Below, piece by piece: positions 62,938 to 64,000 of a stretch of 64,000 nucleotides of DNA. A program made the position numbers and the translations under genes. The stretch is from NCBI GenBank assembly GCA_963723515.1, contig CAVRQT010000003.1, forward strand, positions 288,001 through 352,000, in the 5' to 3' direction. This DNA comes from Vulcanimicrobiota bacterium (GTDB lineage Bacteria > Vulcanimicrobiota > Vulcanimicrobiia > Vulcanimicrobiales > Vulcanimicrobiaceae). The stretch's first letter is position 1, and every line of letters begins with the position of its first letter. Below the pieces are notes generated by a model. It was not told where the DNA came from. It made no database searches and saw only the letters and a list, made by a program, of their open reading frames with translations.

Positions 62938-64000
62938 TTGAAGCGCTCGTTTGTACTTGGTCTCTTTTTTATTGCCGTTTGCGCCGCAATCGCGCTGATC
63001 GGCGTTCGGGCAGATGCCCGGTCGAAGGCGCCTGCATCCCCGCTGCATCCCCGACGCCGGCCGCCGCGCCGACGGCAACCCCGGAGCCGCCCGACAAAGC
63101 GATTCCGCGCCTGCTCAACAACCTTAAAGCGAACCCGAATGACCGTGATTCGCTCGGGCAACTGGCCGAACAATACCTGACGATCGGCCGGCCCGACCTC
63201 TCGTTGCCGTTGACACAAAAACTTCTCGCGCTCGGCTCGCGGACCGCGCAGACCTTCTACTTTGACGGCTTTGCAAACGAGCAACTCAATCGCATACCGC
63301 AAGCGGTCGCCGATTACGAACAAGCGGCCAATCTCGATCCAACGAACATCGGCGTGCTTGGCGCGCTGACGCAAGTCTATCTGAAGACCAACCGCGTTGC
63401 GGATGCGGAGCGCATTGCGAAACGCGCGGTGACATTCAACAAGACCGATCGGCGCGCGTTCATCAATTACGGTCTCGTCCTGGCCTCCGAAAATAAATTC
63501 GACGATGCGCGAGCGCAGCTCGAAGCGGCGTACAAGATGGACCCGACGGACATCACGCCGCTGCTGCAGATCGGCCAAACCTACGCCTCGCAAAACGCAT
63601 ATCCCAACGCGCTGACTGCCATCCAACGTGCCATCACGGCTGACCCAAAGAATCCGCAGTCATATCTCTTCAAGGGCGACGTCTACGCGAAGCAACATGA
63701 CGTGGTTAACGCGCTGGCCGCGTACGAGCAAGCCGTTCAGTACGCGAGCGACGACGATCAGCGCGCCGGAATCATCGACCGTGAAGCGCAGTTCCTCGCG
63801 GGCGAAAAACGTAATCCAGAGGCGCAGGCAGCGTTCCAACGCGCGATCGACCGCTATCCAACGGTACTCGCCGGCTATCTCACATTCGGCGACTACTGGA
63901 ATCAACAGGGTCAAATCGGCAAAGCCGTTTCTGAGTGGACCTCTGCGCTTGGGCCGAACAAGGATAATCCCAGCGCGCTGCTGCGTTTGGGCACCTACGA
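62938..64000 (+). CDS. Exported TPR-repeat protein; frameshift near 63040; runs off the window
   Basis: Signal peptide, then manual translation AVADYEQAANLDP, ARAQLEAAYKMDP, ALTAIQRAITADP. Confidence 0.85.

Overview
A GC-rich diderm bacterial chromosome segment. Gene content is tentatively Eremiobacterota/Vulcanimicrobiota-like, which is inference only. Many single-base frameshifts in housekeeping genes are probably assembly errors. The backbone holds nrnA-truB-ribF, a Clp ATPase, a ba3-type oxidase, phoB/phoR-pstCAB and porin-pstS with 11-bp Pho-box repeats, tdh-kbl, an ars operon, acs, CIRCE-hrcA-dnaJ-rsmE, accDA, ppx and etfBA. Five things stand out. (1) A small GIY-YIG nuclease gene is enclosed by inward-facing arrays of a 28-bp palindromic repeat. 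The repeat supplies the gene's stop codon, is nested inside itself, and recurs without the nuclease 50 kb away. This is a candidate REPtron-like system using a GIY-YIG enzyme instead of a RAYT transposase. (2) Two tRNA genes are split by group I introns: tRNA-fMet with an I-Ssp6803I-like PD-(D/E)XK homing endonuclease, and tRNA-Leu(UAA) with an ORF-less intron. (3) An HNH-nuclease islet is bounded by a 22-bp duplication of that tRNA-Leu 3' end. (4) A Cyc2-like cytochrome-porin lies beside a soluble CuA protein, a cytochrome c and the ba3 oxidase. (5) The kbl 3' end is duplicated, with synonymous recoding, around a putative Ni/Co transporter gene.
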